Shown: one piece after another, positions 1-10,617 of the stretch | How positions within the stretch are numbered: position 1 is the first letter of the stretch | Layout: each line of letters starts with the position of its first letter | NCBI GenBank assembly: GCA_020184695.1 | Contig: JAANOX010000195.1 | Span: forward strand, 50,862 to 114,861 | Reading direction: 5' to 3' | DNA: 64,000 nt | From: Histomonas meleagridis 2922-C6/04-290x | Taxonomy: Eukaryota; Protista; Parabasalia | Program-made: the position numbers and the translations under genes | The notes under the pieces: generated by a model | Database searches by the model: none | Seen by the model: only the letters and a program-made list of their open reading frames with translations | What the model was told of the DNA's origin: nothing

Positions 1-149
1 TACCTCAAACTGTGAAATTAAAATAAACGTACGTTTTCAATATTGAATACCCACTTTTTAAAATGAATACAACATATTTGAAAACAACCAAATTTTTTAT
101 TAGAAATTTTCAAACGCTTGAAATGTCTGACATAAATTATTCAAAAAGT

Positions 150-167
150 AATTTTGGCGCCAAAATT
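150..167. promoter_or_regulatory. 18-bp perfect palindrome AATTTTGGCGCCAAAATT, resembling an E2F-type site
   Basis: Read directly; GC core in AT-rich intergenic DNA ~330 bp upstream of the IBD gene; related TTTGCCGCCAAAAA at ~431-444. Confidence 0.4.
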
Positions 168-498
168 TATTCAAAGTTTAAAAATTAAATTTCCTGTGTA
201 AAAATGATAGTTTTGGACGTAATTAACATATTAATTAAAATTTTAAAATACAAACTTTAGGATTAAATCTTAGATCACGAATAAAAGCTGATGAAATTCT
301 CGAATTTAAATATGTTTATAGAATATAGAATAGAATTATTATTTGCTATTGATATTTGATGTTAAAACCAAACATATACGAAAATTATTTCTTTTAACTT
401 TTGATGCTTGAAGATAATCTTATCACTTTTTTTGCCGCCAAAAATTGAATACAACATAAACTTTTTGATAAAATCAGTTAAAAAGTGACCACTTTTTG

Positions 499-1218
499 AT
501 GTCGAACCCACCACCAACTCATGACATCTTACAAGCTTTAGATCTCAATATGCAATTAATGAAAGAACAAGCAAATCAACAATCACAACTAATTCAAAAT
601 ACTCTTCCAACAAAATTAAGGAAAAAACAAAAATCTTTGTCTAAACAAACTCCTCCAAAACAAAAATCTCTCCCAGCTATTCTAGAAGGAAATTTCCCAG
701 AATCAAATGGAAACTACACAAAAATGCTTCAGGATAATTCAATTCTAATTTCTCCGAGTGAAATGGGATTTGTTCCAATTGGCTTTTGGACAAATAACAC
801 AGAAACATTTGGTGGTATTGTTCAAAATTTCTTCCATAAGAAAAATAATTCAAATTGCAGATTTCCTCATAAGCTTTATAATGCCTTACAATTAGTAGAA
901 AAAAAACCAGAGTTTTGGCCTTACGTTGGAGTAAAATGGATGGGAGATACCGTGTTCAAAGTTGATAAATATGTTTTTGGAAGGCTTCTAGGAATTACTG
1001 CATTTGATGGAGGGTTGTTCCATAGTCAAGGAAACTTTCCATCTCATGGATTCCAAGAAATTACATGTGAAGTTGCTACTAAGTGGGTCTCACAAGATGA
1101 TCTTAATGGAATTGATTTTGATCGAATCCGTTTGATGACACATCGCACAGGTTTCAAAAAAGGCGTTGAGGAGAGTGTTATCAACCAGCTAAAATGGATA
1201 AGTGATCAGGCAAAATAA
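499..1218 (+). CDS. Initiator-binding domain (IBD, IBP39-like) protein
   Basis: Motifs RFPHKLYNAL, VGVKW..FKVDKYVFGRLLG, GGLFHSQGNFPSHGFQE typical of the trichomonad IBD family; first ATG at 499, preceded by Inr-like CCACTTTT. Confidence 0.85.
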   Translation: MSNPPPTHDILQALDLNMQLMKEQANQQSQLIQNTLPTKLRKKQKSLSKQTPPKQKSLPAILEGNFPESNGNYTKMLQDNSILISPSEMGFVPIGFWTNNTETFGGIVQNFFHKKNNSNCRFPHKLYNALQLVEKKPEFWPYVGVKWMGDTVFKVDKYVFGRLLGITAFDGGLFHSQGNFPSHGFQEITCEVATKWVSQDDLNGIDFDRIRLMTHRTGFKKGVEESVINQLKWISDQAK

Positions 1219-1450
1219 TGATTTTGTTTTGGTGAACGAAACCAAATGTCTTCAAAATAAATTACAAAATAATAACGATCATTTTCTTTTGAATTTGTGC
1301 GTCAACCGTTTCTTGAAATTTTTGGTTTTGGAAAACAAAGAAACACGACAATAATTCTATATGTGATATCACAAAAAAAAAAGAAGCAAAATCCTTTTGT
1401 TTTATAAGAAAATGCTGATTTTATGAAAGAACATTATCAAGATATTCTAA

Positions 1451-1918
1451 TTATTTAGCCTTTTGAAGTTGTTCAAAATACTGACGCCCTGTCATAGGCT
1501 TTTCTGTGTTGCCTTCCAGCTCCATTTGTTCTTTCTTGAACTTCTCAAGCCAAAGCAAAAATGCTTCGCGTGAGAAGGGAGTTGCTGTAACGTGTTCTTG
1601 CTGCTCAACAATTTCTTTATCTGATATTCCAGATAAGTAATCCATAGCTTCGCCAACCAAATATCCTATCATTGATAAACCAATCATTGTTTGTGCGGCT
1701 GAATTCAAGAATTTTTCTAAGCCTTCACCTGATATTCCTTCAAGTTCTGCATGAATAGAAGGAACTTCATTTGGATAATTTTCTGGAACTGTAAATGTTA
1801 ATGTGGCATGTTTCATTCCTATTGAGGGCTTAATAACAACAACATTTTGGCTTTTACATATGTAATTATTTTCATAGATTAAAGATAACTCTTCTTTTTC
1901 GATTTCGAATGAGTTCAT
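1451..1918 (-). CDS. RWD-domain protein, RWDD1/Gir2-like
   Basis: LTFTVPENYPNEVP RWD core, IGLSMIGYLV helix and C-terminal TPFSREAFLLW..KPMTGRQYFE DFRP-like tail. Confidence 0.8.
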   Translation of the reverse strand: MNSFEIEKEELSLIYENNYICKSQNVVVIKPSIGMKHATLTFTVPENYPNEVPSIHAELEGISGEGLEKFLNSAAQTMIGLSMIGYLVGEAMDYLSGISDKEIVEQQEHVTATPFSREAFLLWLEKFKKEQMELEGNTEKPMTGRQYFEQLQKAK

Positions 1919-2540
1919 GTTTTGGTTTGGCTCGGTTAAATTAACAAGCTTTGTTCGACGCCACTTTTTGAAATTAAATTTCCGGTTTATTTACACTTGA
2001 CTTAACTTTCAATCGAACGATAGTATTTTCTGTATAACGATGGAAGCCAGGAAAATTTTATAAAAATGTCTTTTTTGAAAATATTTTTGTAAAATTTAGG
2101 GATCTATTCTAGAAATTCATGAATGTCCTATCGCTAGTGGGAGTACTCCCTAATTCATAATGTTAGATGGGACATTATTTCTACATTTCATGATATTAAA
2201 AAGATCTAAATTTAGAATATAGAACATACATAATATTACATTTATTAAATATCGTTTTCATGTTTTTTAAAAATGAGTTGGAAATCAAAAGATTCATTTT
2301 CGATTTTTTTCAAATTTCTCAGCGATAAACGTAATATTAAAAAAATAATTTTTATTTTTAATTTTCAATATCAAAAAAATAGCCGAAAAGATTTTTTTGC
2401 CGAAATATTAAATTGTGATATACAAAATGCATACATATCATACTTTTTTTTAGAATTCCCGATTTCCCGAAAGATTTTTAATTTTTTTCGGGAAGAGATC
2501 CCGAGTAAACTTATACATAGTTATAAGCAAATTTATATTT

Positions 2541-3974
2541 TTATTCACATATTTCATCATCAGTCCTCTTTTTTAGCTCTGCATCTATTTTTGATAAAAG
2601 TACTGTTGCTTTTCTGTTGGTGTTTTCTATTGCATGAAGCGCATTCATTGCATCTTCGTTTTCAAATATTTGGATTGCTGTTTCAGCAACTGGTGATTCC
2701 ATTAATCTAATAAAAGCGTCAATAAAAATTTTCGTTTTATCATAATCTGTTTCATCAATAAACAATTCCATTAACACATTTAATCTTTCAATTTTAGACA
2801 CAAAAGATTCCAAAAACGAAGTATCTCCATGAACAATTAGATGTGCAATTACTTGACCAGCTAACATTCTAGCTTCATAAAATGAATTAAATGCAACATT
2901 AACAATCTCATCATAATTCTTTTCTGACCGTAAGAGCACATCAGTGTATTGCTGCATTCCAGGTACAGCTATCATTACAAAACGTAAGCTTTCGAAAACG
3001 ATACGTTGACTTTGATGCGAAAAAAGTGACGGATAAAAAGTGATGTAACGAATCGGCGTTAACTTATTAAGATCTCCATCTGGGCCTGAAGAAGCAATAA
3101 AATTTATTAGCTTGGTACATAAATAAACAATTCTTTCGGCATCGCTTCGTATGTTATCATCGATTTCTTCATCGAATGTATTTTGTGCAATTAATTGAGA
3201 ATGCTCTACAAGTTTACACAAGTTATGTTTAATAAAAAATTGATAATGTGGATGTTGATAATTTCCTGTTGATGTTGAAAGCTTATAAATTCCATGAATA
3301 ATATTTTTTAGATAGAAAAAAGAGGTTGAAAAATACTCAAAAGTTTTCATAATATGTTTAAGAGTTTTTTCGTCATAACACAATTGGAAAGATTTGGAGG
3401 TAAGAACCTTAATAACAATATTTGATGCAATAGGCCTATTGGTGTTTTTACAAAAATCGCATAGGAATGAAACAAAACCTTTGTCGAAAGATGTTTGCTC
3501 TTTGATAAAACCATGTTTGGCAAATAAGTAAAGAGAGGTAAGTGATTCATATACAATATCATCAGAGTCTTGTTGAATAAAGTTGGTAAAAAGCTGAAGA
3601 ACAACCTCTTCTGGAAAATGATGGAAATATTGACTAGAAGATCTCATTATTACAAAGCATGCATGTAAGTATAGTGGCAGGCGTTCGTCATCTGGAGATA
3701 AAGCTAATGTGTTTCGAAATAAATTGTCAGGAAATGTTGTTTTAAATAATTCATCAACATCCAAAAAAAAATCGTTTCTTGTAGCCTTCACAAACAAGTT
3801 AACAACATCGGGTGTTAAATCGTATGTATGATATGCTGAAATCCATTCATTTATTAATTGTATTTTTTCCTCGTTTAAAACCAATTCGCTCAAATCGACA
3901 TCTGCTTGTGAAATAATCCTAAATTTTGCGTTTTTGTCCTTTTTTCTAGACGGAACTTTGTAATTACTCTGCAT
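2541..3974 (-). CDS. Hypothetical alpha-solenoid (ARM-like) protein
   Basis: 477-aa ORF with ATG, helical leucine-rich composition; no specific family recognised. Confidence 0.65.
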   Translation of the reverse strand: MQSNYKVPSRKKDKNAKFRIISQADVDLSELVLNEEKIQLINEWISAYHTYDLTPDVVNLFVKATRNDFFLDVDELFKTTFPDNLFRNTLALSPDDERLPLYLHACFVIMRSSSQYFHHFPEEVVLQLFTNFIQQDSDDIVYESLTSLYLFAKHGFIKEQTSFDKGFVSFLCDFCKNTNRPIASNIVIKVLTSKSFQLCYDEKTLKHIMKTFEYFSTSFFYLKNIIHGIYKLSTSTGNYQHPHYQFFIKHNLCKLVEHSQLIAQNTFDEEIDDNIRSDAERIVYLCTKLINFIASSGPDGDLNKLTPIRYITFYPSLFSHQSQRIVFESLRFVMIAVPGMQQYTDVLLRSEKNYDEIVNVAFNSFYEARMLAGQVIAHLIVHGDTSFLESFVSKIERLNVLMELFIDETDYDKTKIFIDAFIRLMESPVAETAIQIFENEDAMNALHAIENTNRKATVLLSKIDAELKKRTDDEICE

Positions 3975-4787
3975 TTTTCATTTAACGGTCTCTTCTAAGT
4001 CACCACATAGCCAAAACAACTTAAATTTAAGCATTAGATGTTATTTTATGAAGCATTCACAGCTTGTAGCAAAACAGCTGTTACACTATGATAGAAATAT
4101 TTAGTTAATGAATTTTTTATTAAATTTTATTATTGAAGAAATGCAAATGTTAGCAAACAATCATTAAACTAAAAGTAGTGCCCATTTTATATTTACTGTT
4201 TCCCCTATTTTATAAGTCAAGATTGAGAATTGAATCATTTACATGTTTTCAAATAAGAGAAAATGATTCATCTCTGTTAGCAGTTGAGTTTAAATAATTC
4301 TTGTCTCAAAGTTTTGGGAATAACTAGTTTGATCTATGTTTGCCCAACAACATGACCACAAACGTCTTATTCAAAACGATGATTTGTTTCAAAATGACAC
4401 ACAAAATTCAATTGAATGCATTCAATATTTTGACTGTAAATAACAGTGAACCGCTTATTCCAATCAAAAACCATTTTGATTTTTTCAATAAATAGCTTTT
4501 TCTATCATGTGAATTGGTTGTATGCTCAGAAATCATGCATTGGTCATGAATACAGTAAATTACATTTATCTTACACTCTAATATGCTTTCTCTTGGATAA
4601 ACATGTATACATGTAAATAGAGAATCCACTTAATTGATATACTTGGATCATAATAATAATTTTCAAAATTTGATGGTAACATATAAGACGAAATGCAACG
4701 GTGTTTTCACTTTTCCAATTAATATCGTTTTCTGATGTAATTTTACTTTTGAAAACAACAGCATTTCAAAACTTCGCAAAGAAAGCA

Positions 4788-6671
4788 ATGTTCTTTATCA
4801 TTATCCTTTTTATTCTATCAAATCAATCATCCTTTATTGCTAACAATGAGACCCTTCTATTAAATAATGGTAGCTCTAATTTATTACCTTATAAAAATAT
4901 CACAAAATATATTTTCGTTAATACAAATTATTCTATTGACAATTATGCTTTTTCACATTGGGATTCACTCATCGAAGTTCATATTCTCTCAGTTAAGTCA
5001 ATTGGATGTTATGCTTTTTCTTTTTGTTTTGATTTAAAAGTTGCGATTTTTTACAGCGATATTACAACGATTGGAGATTATGCATTTTCATCATGTTTAA
5101 ATTTATGTCAAGTTTGTTTTTTTGGGGAAGTTAAGTATTGCAGTAATTTTACTTTTTCTAATTGTTCGAATCTTAATCTTGATGGAATCACTAATCAGAG
5201 TGCTAAAAACCATTTTTTGAAACATATTCAATCTAATCAGAGGAAAACGCCGAAATCAATAATTTTTCAAGGAAATGCAGAAGTCATTTCAGTCACAAAA
5301 GTTTCTTCGTTATCTCAAACACATTCATTTACATTAGTTTCATCATTATCAAAAACAGATTCATTTACAAATGTTGAATCATATACCAACACATCATACA
5401 ATACACAAACATATTCAGAAACATTTTCTATATTAAACACAATGGTTCCATCATATACAGAAACATCATCAGCATCTATTACATTATCAGCAACATTAAC
5501 ATCATCAAATACATTAAGTCGAACATATACAAGTCAATACTCAAATACGATTATATCATCATCTTCATATACACAAGTGAGCACAAGTATTAGAATTACA
5601 ACTACGATGTATACAAGTTCGCTCAAATATGTTGCTTCTTATTCATATATCGACACAAGAATTTCCACATTAACAAATTCAGTAATAACAACAGGTACTA
5701 TTATACAAACTAAATGTTCCCCTGATGATGATTTTAGTATGTGTACAGTCATTGATTTTGATTATAAAGTCACAACTGAAATATCAACATATGTAAATTC
5801 AAAAATTCAAACACAAATAAATTCTCCTTCTTATACTGCAAGTCCATATCAAACTATTGTCACAAAGGAGTCTTCAACTTCAATACTTATATATAAACAA
5901 GCAACAACACGAATTTTAACAAATATGCCATCTTCAACATATTCTATCACATTTTCCAAAACAATAATACCAAAAACAGTATTTGTATCATCAACAACAT
6001 TCACCAAATCTAGTTATTTTACTATATATTCAGAATTTACCTTATCAAATTCGTTGATTATTTCGAGTTTATTAACATTATCAAAGTCGCTAACCATATC
6101 ATCCATTCCTACTTTATCTAATTCATTAACATTATCAGCTATTCCTACTATATCTAATTCATTAACAATCTCAAATTCATTATTAATAGAATCAAATTCA
6201 CAAATCGAAGGATCAGGAACATTTTCATATACATTGATTTATTTCTTATCATTTACTGTGACGATTACCATAAATTCATTAATTTCAAATTCATTTATTT
6301 TGTCACTATTAAATTCTGAATATACCATAACGCACTCGAAATATATTTTTTATAATTATTCAGTCATTAAGTATCCTACTTATTTTAGTCTTTATACAGG
6401 ATTCTTTGTTCCTTATATGCAGAATGAAATAAATGATGTGAGAAATGCAATTAGCAAAAGCCTATTGATTGGAATCATATGTGGTGCTATAGCAATTGTT
6501 CTTATCTTAATTGGAATTATAATTTTCCTTAAAAGAAAGAGAAATATCAAAACAGAAGAACAATCATCAAAAAGTATTAGAGATGATAATGAATTTGTTG
6601 TAGAAAGTATTGAAAAACCAGATAAAGTAATTGGTGAATTATTAGAAAACGAAGAAGACCTATGGATCTAA
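4788..6671 (+). CDS. BspA-like type I membrane protein with Ser/Thr-rich stalk
   Basis: ATG 4788 opens a hydrophobic leader (MFFIIILFILS); short LRR_5-like units (SIGCYAFSFC, TIGDYAFSSC); S/T-rich stalk; TM LLIGIICGAIAIVLILIGIIIFL then KRKR. Confidence 0.78.
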   Translation: MFFIIILFILSNQSSFIANNETLLLNNGSSNLLPYKNITKYIFVNTNYSIDNYAFSHWDSLIEVHILSVKSIGCYAFSFCFDLKVAIFYSDITTIGDYAFSSCLNLCQVCFFGEVKYCSNFTFSNCSNLNLDGITNQSAKNHFLKHIQSNQRKTPKSIIFQGNAEVISVTKVSSLSQTHSFTLVSSLSKTDSFTNVESYTNTSYNTQTYSETFSILNTMVPSYTETSSASITLSATLTSSNTLSRTYTSQYSNTIISSSSYTQVSTSIRITTTMYTSSLKYVASYSYIDTRISTLTNSVITTGTIIQTKCSPDDDFSMCTVIDFDYKVTTEISTYVNSKIQTQINSPSYTASPYQTIVTKESSTSILIYKQATTRILTNMPSSTYSITFSKTIIPKTVFVSSTTFTKSSYFTIYSEFTLSNSLIISSLLTLSKSLTISSIPTLSNSLTLSAIPTISNSLTISNSLLIESNSQIEGSGTFSYTLIYFLSFTVTITINSLISNSFILSLLNSEYTITHSKYIFYNYSVIKYPTYFSLYTGFFVPYMQNEINDVRNAISKSLLIGIICGAIAIVLILIGIIIFLKRKRNIKTEEQSSKSIRDDNEFVVESIEKPDKVIGELLENEEDLWI

Positions 6672-6895
6672 CATAACATATTTGGGAGGAAAAAATTTTT
6701 CTAGACACTTTAGTATTCATGAATATTAAAAAATTCTCAAAAAATAAACTTCAATATATTGTATTTTTTTTTTTTTTTTTTTTTTGTATCAACTTAACAT
6801 GACATAAAAATTTCATTTTGAGATTTCTTTCTTAATATTAATTTATTTCCAATTACTACAATATGGAGATGTTCTATTATAAGGTTACAACCTTT

Positions 6896-7028
6896 GGGTA
6901 GACTAAACTATACCCCCGGAAAAAATACGTTATTTACGATAGAGGACGATAGAGATTTTATGATAAAAATGATCGTTCGAAAAAATTTCAAAGAAATGAT
7001 CCCCTGGGGGTATAGTTTAGCATAGCCC
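6896..7028. mobile_element. MITE (non-autonomous DNA transposon, ~133 bp)
   Basis: Perfect 15-bp inverted core CTAAACTATACCCCC (6903-6917) / GGGGGTATAGTTTAG (7006-7020); ends GGG...CCC; flanked by direct repeat AACCTTT (6889-6895 and 7029-7035). Confidence 0.75.
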
Positions 7029-7199
7029 AACCTTTTTTTCTGGATAATACACTTGATACAAAACAAATTCTTGAAACAAATTAATTATTTCAAAAAAAAT
7101 TCACGTGATTTCTCATAAATTAATTCCTCTTCGAAATTTTGCTCAAATATGGCTTTGATGAATTATTAAAGAACAAAATTACAACACATCAAACAACAT

Positions 7200-9068
7200 T
7201 TACTGCGAATCTTCTTGCCACTGCGAGTCCTGCGTAGAGTTATTATCCTCTGATTCCAAGTCACTTTTACTACTTTTCGCCAGGTACCTATTCTGCGCCG
7301 CCAATTCTCTGTCTTCCTTATTCTTCTTTATCCACACTTCCTCGTTTACGAAAGCGTACTTCAGCTTCGGCGGGATTATTGCCTTCATCTTCAATTCCGC
7401 CAAAGACATTGGCTTATAGTTCATGAAAATCACAACTTTGTCGGCGTCGGTCAGCAAAGATCGGTCATTTAAAGCTGTCGGCTTTCGAGTTGACTCTTCG
7501 ATTTGACCTTTGCCTTCGATCCACTCGGAAACGGTGAAATCCGTTGGGAAGAACTGCGGCGTTATTCTGCACTCGGGGCCATCCGCTATTCGGAATATGA
7601 ATATGCCGCCTGTTGCGTCCGATGATATTATTGATAATCCATCAGATGTCCAATGCGCATCATGAATACGTGGTGTTTCGACTGGAATGATTAATGTATG
7701 AAGTGGCTCACTCGATTTATATATGTCCCATATCGTGATATATGATTTGGATACAACTAAAAAAACACTAGGCAAGAATGGATGCGATTCGATTTTCTCT
7801 AATTCTTTCATGTATATGTTGTCTTCAACATGGATCATGGGCGTGGTATCTTCAATCTTCCAACAAAAAAGTGATTGTGATGTGATAGCACATAATATGT
7901 TTTCGGTGCACCCCAAAGAAACACCGATAATGTATCGGCGGGAGACGTTTACGCGAACTGAAAAAGTGGAAACACATTGAATTTTGTCTTTAAGTTGCCA
8001 AATTTTAATGTCGCCGCCTTTAGATGACCAACTAAAAATATGATTAAAAGAATATTTCATAAAACATGCATAATCGACTGGTGCATTATGTGCACGAACA
8101 GTCCATTTATGATTTGATGGAATATGAACAACTGTAATGGAACCAGTATCTTGTGATGCGACTCCAAAGTTACCACCCGGGGAAAAAGAAAAATGAAGAA
8201 CACCGCCTTTGAGTTGTAAAGGCTTTTTAAGCTTTGGAGGACTCGAAATGAATTTGTGTGTGTCGATGTCAGGAAAATATGTAACTTTTTCACAGGAACT
8301 AAAAATGTCATTCACGAGTGAATTGCACTCGTATTGACTGAGTTCGTTTGATATGACACTCTGAACATTTGATAGAACATCGGGAAGTTTAGAAACATTG
8401 TATATCCGAAGACTACCAAATGAAGTAGCGATGGCTAAATAACGACCACATGGTGAAAATGCAACAGAATTGATACTTCCAAGATTGGGGTTTGGTAAAA
8501 CGGAAACTGCAAAACCATCTTCAAGAGACCAAAGCCGAACACAGTGGTCTTCTTTACCAAAAGAAGCAAGAAGTTTTTTATCAGGAGACATAGAAAGTCC
8601 GGAAATGGCATCAATATGACCTTTGAGTGTGTGCATAAGAGTAAGAGATGGAATGTGCCAAACTTTGATATTGGAATCATCTGAACCAGTAATAAAAAAT
8701 GTACCATTTGGATCAATAAGAATGTGCTGTACAAGTCTTGTGTGACCAATAATTCTGTGAGTAAGGGCTATGCGTTTAAGACAATTATATATTAGATTTA
8801 AACGCCTTTGTGAAACATTTGTGCATTTTTGAGGAAAAACTGTTGAATTATGTATAAGAGATGGATAGTTTGTCTTAGGGAGACTAGTAACAAGCAAATT
8901 ATGAAAGAAGTTTGGTGGTAATGAATTTGTAATTGTTTCAGCATTTTCTTTTGTTTGTTGATGTTGAAATGCTTGTTCTGCATAATGTTCTGATATTTGT
9001 GGATCAAACTCTTTTAAAAAAGCATATGTTAGTGTTGACGCCTCAAACGCTGCATTTTGATTTTCCAT
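7200..9068 (-). CDS. WD40-repeat protein, BRWD/PHIP-like N-terminal region
   Basis: GHTRLVQHILIDPNGTFFITGSDDSNIKVW, GHIDAISGLSMSPD WD repeats and QFFPTDF motif; first ATG at 9068. Confidence 0.8.
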   Translation of the reverse strand: MENQNAAFEASTLTYAFLKEFDPQISEHYAEQAFQHQQTKENAETITNSLPPNFFHNLLVTSLPKTNYPSLIHNSTVFPQKCTNVSQRRLNLIYNCLKRIALTHRIIGHTRLVQHILIDPNGTFFITGSDDSNIKVWHIPSLTLMHTLKGHIDAISGLSMSPDKKLLASFGKEDHCVRLWSLEDGFAVSVLPNPNLGSINSVAFSPCGRYLAIATSFGSLRIYNVSKLPDVLSNVQSVISNELSQYECNSLVNDIFSSCEKVTYFPDIDTHKFISSPPKLKKPLQLKGGVLHFSFSPGGNFGVASQDTGSITVVHIPSNHKWTVRAHNAPVDYACFMKYSFNHIFSWSSKGGDIKIWQLKDKIQCVSTFSVRVNVSRRYIIGVSLGCTENILCAITSQSLFCWKIEDTTPMIHVEDNIYMKELEKIESHPFLPSVFLVVSKSYITIWDIYKSSEPLHTLIIPVETPRIHDAHWTSDGLSIISSDATGGIFIFRIADGPECRITPQFFPTDFTVSEWIEGKGQIEESTRKPTALNDRSLLTDADKVVIFMNYKPMSLAELKMKAIIPPKLKYAFVNEEVWIKKNKEDRELAAQNRYLAKSSKSDLESEDNNSTQDSQWQEDSQ

Positions 9069-9372
9069 TAGCCAATTTGAAGGATGCCCCTGATTAAAAG
9101 TAAACGGTTTCAGCTTAACGTTCTCATTTAAAAGTAAATTTTTCTTTTGCAAAATCAACACCAAATATTTGTTATTTCCACTTTATTAACTTACCTCTAT
9201 TTTGATTCCAATTGTATAAATTAATCTTATTTATTATAATCTGATTATCACCAAATCATTTTAAACCATTTCCAAAAAAAGTTCCAAAGATATAATAAAT
9301 TAATTAAATTACAAAAAAATTTATATGTTTGAAATTGTATATTTAAAATAAGATACGAATTATTATTATTGT

Positions 9373-10419
9373 TTAGAGTTCAGTTTTTTCTTCTTCCTTT
9401 TCTTCTTTAGCTGGTTCTTCTTCTACTTCTTTTGGAACAAATTGTTGGAAGACATTGAGACGCTTCTTCATTCCGTCGAGAGAAGCGAATGATCCTTTAC
9501 GAGCTTCAAGGAGATTATTCATTGTTTCAATATCCTTTTCTATTTGTTCTTGTCCTTTTGCAATATAACGTTCCATTACTTTAACATAGAATTCGGCACC
9601 TTTGATTGCTTTCATCTTCTCTACAATTGGTTCCTTCTCAGTTGAGCTTAAGAACTCAGTAACAATTGGTGCAGCTTCTTCTATAAGACCTGCTTTGTCA
9701 TTGAGGAGACCGTTAACGGCACGTTCTGTTCCGCACTTATCGTTGATGAAGTTCACAACCGCTTCAGCAGTACGTTTACCTGTGTACTTTTCGAATTCGC
9801 CATCTTTGAACAATCTGATTGTTGGGAATCCGGGAATATCATTCTTTTCACAAAAATCGTTATATTCATCGCAGTTAAGCCTAGAAATAACAATTTGAGG
9901 ATCTGCTTGGAAAGCATTAGCTGCAATCTTTGCTTGAGGAAGAAAATGTTTACAATGACCACACCATGGTGCAAAAAATGTGTTTAAAACACATTTGTGG
10001 TTGCTAACAGTGGTATTAAAATTGGATGGATTTAAATCAATGAGATTATTGGGTGGAAGTTTTGCTTTGATGTTTGTTTGGTTTTCAACAAATTTACAAA
10101 AATCTTCAGACTTACGTTTGCCTTCGTATTCAACACCTGTTGTTTCCTTAGCTTTGTAAAACATGATTGTTGGGTAACCGTCGATCTTATACTTTTCGCA
10201 AAGTTCTGTTTCTTCAATACAATTTAATCCACCAAAAGTAACTTCTGTAAAAGCAGTTGCTGCTTCAGCAAAATCTTCTGCCATTGCTTCACAATGTGGA
10301 CATTTTGTACTATAAAACTTAATAAAAGCTGGGCGATTACCCCCAATGATATTGTCTATGTTTTTTGATGTTAATTCAACATAAGCTGATGATATGAACT
10401 GAGTGAGAACAAAAAACAT
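9373..10419 (-). CDS. Protein disulfide isomerase (two thioredoxin domains plus ERp29-like C-terminal helical domain)
   Basis: CPHC and WCGHC active sites, GYPT/GFPT motifs, leader MFFVLTQF from ATG 10419, C-terminal TEL. Confidence 0.92.
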   Translation of the reverse strand: MFFVLTQFISSAYVELTSKNIDNIIGGNRPAFIKFYSTKCPHCEAMAEDFAEAATAFTEVTFGGLNCIEETELCEKYKIDGYPTIMFYKAKETTGVEYEGKRKSEDFCKFVENQTNIKAKLPPNNLIDLNPSNFNTTVSNHKCVLNTFFAPWCGHCKHFLPQAKIAANAFQADPQIVISRLNCDEYNDFCEKNDIPGFPTIRLFKDGEFEKYTGKRTAEAVVNFINDKCGTERAVNGLLNDKAGLIEEAAPIVTEFLSSTEKEPIVEKMKAIKGAEFYVKVMERYIAKGQEQIEKDIETMNNLLEARKGSFASLDGMKKRLNVFQQFVPKEVEEEPAKEEKEEEKTEL

Positions 10420-10617
10420 TTGGCAATTTGGCTTGTCAACGCGGTTTTGGCGGCCAATTAAAAACGGTTTCAAGAAATAATAAACGGGTTCCGAAGTTAA
10501 AAAAGCTTTTCACTAAGGAATGTAAAAACAAATAATTAGTTTTTCAAACTCTTATTTAAAAAAAGGTGTGCGTTATTCAAGGATAAAAAATTTCGAAAAA
10601 TCATAAATTGAATTTAA

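Noticed and set aside
2273-2710. 145-aa plus-strand ORF
   Set aside because: TTG start, low-complexity F/I/K content, overlaps the 3' end of the opposite gene.
4020-4700. Possible gene relic or small ORF (4408..4629 -)
   Set aside because: No recognisable motif and no ATG-supported family.
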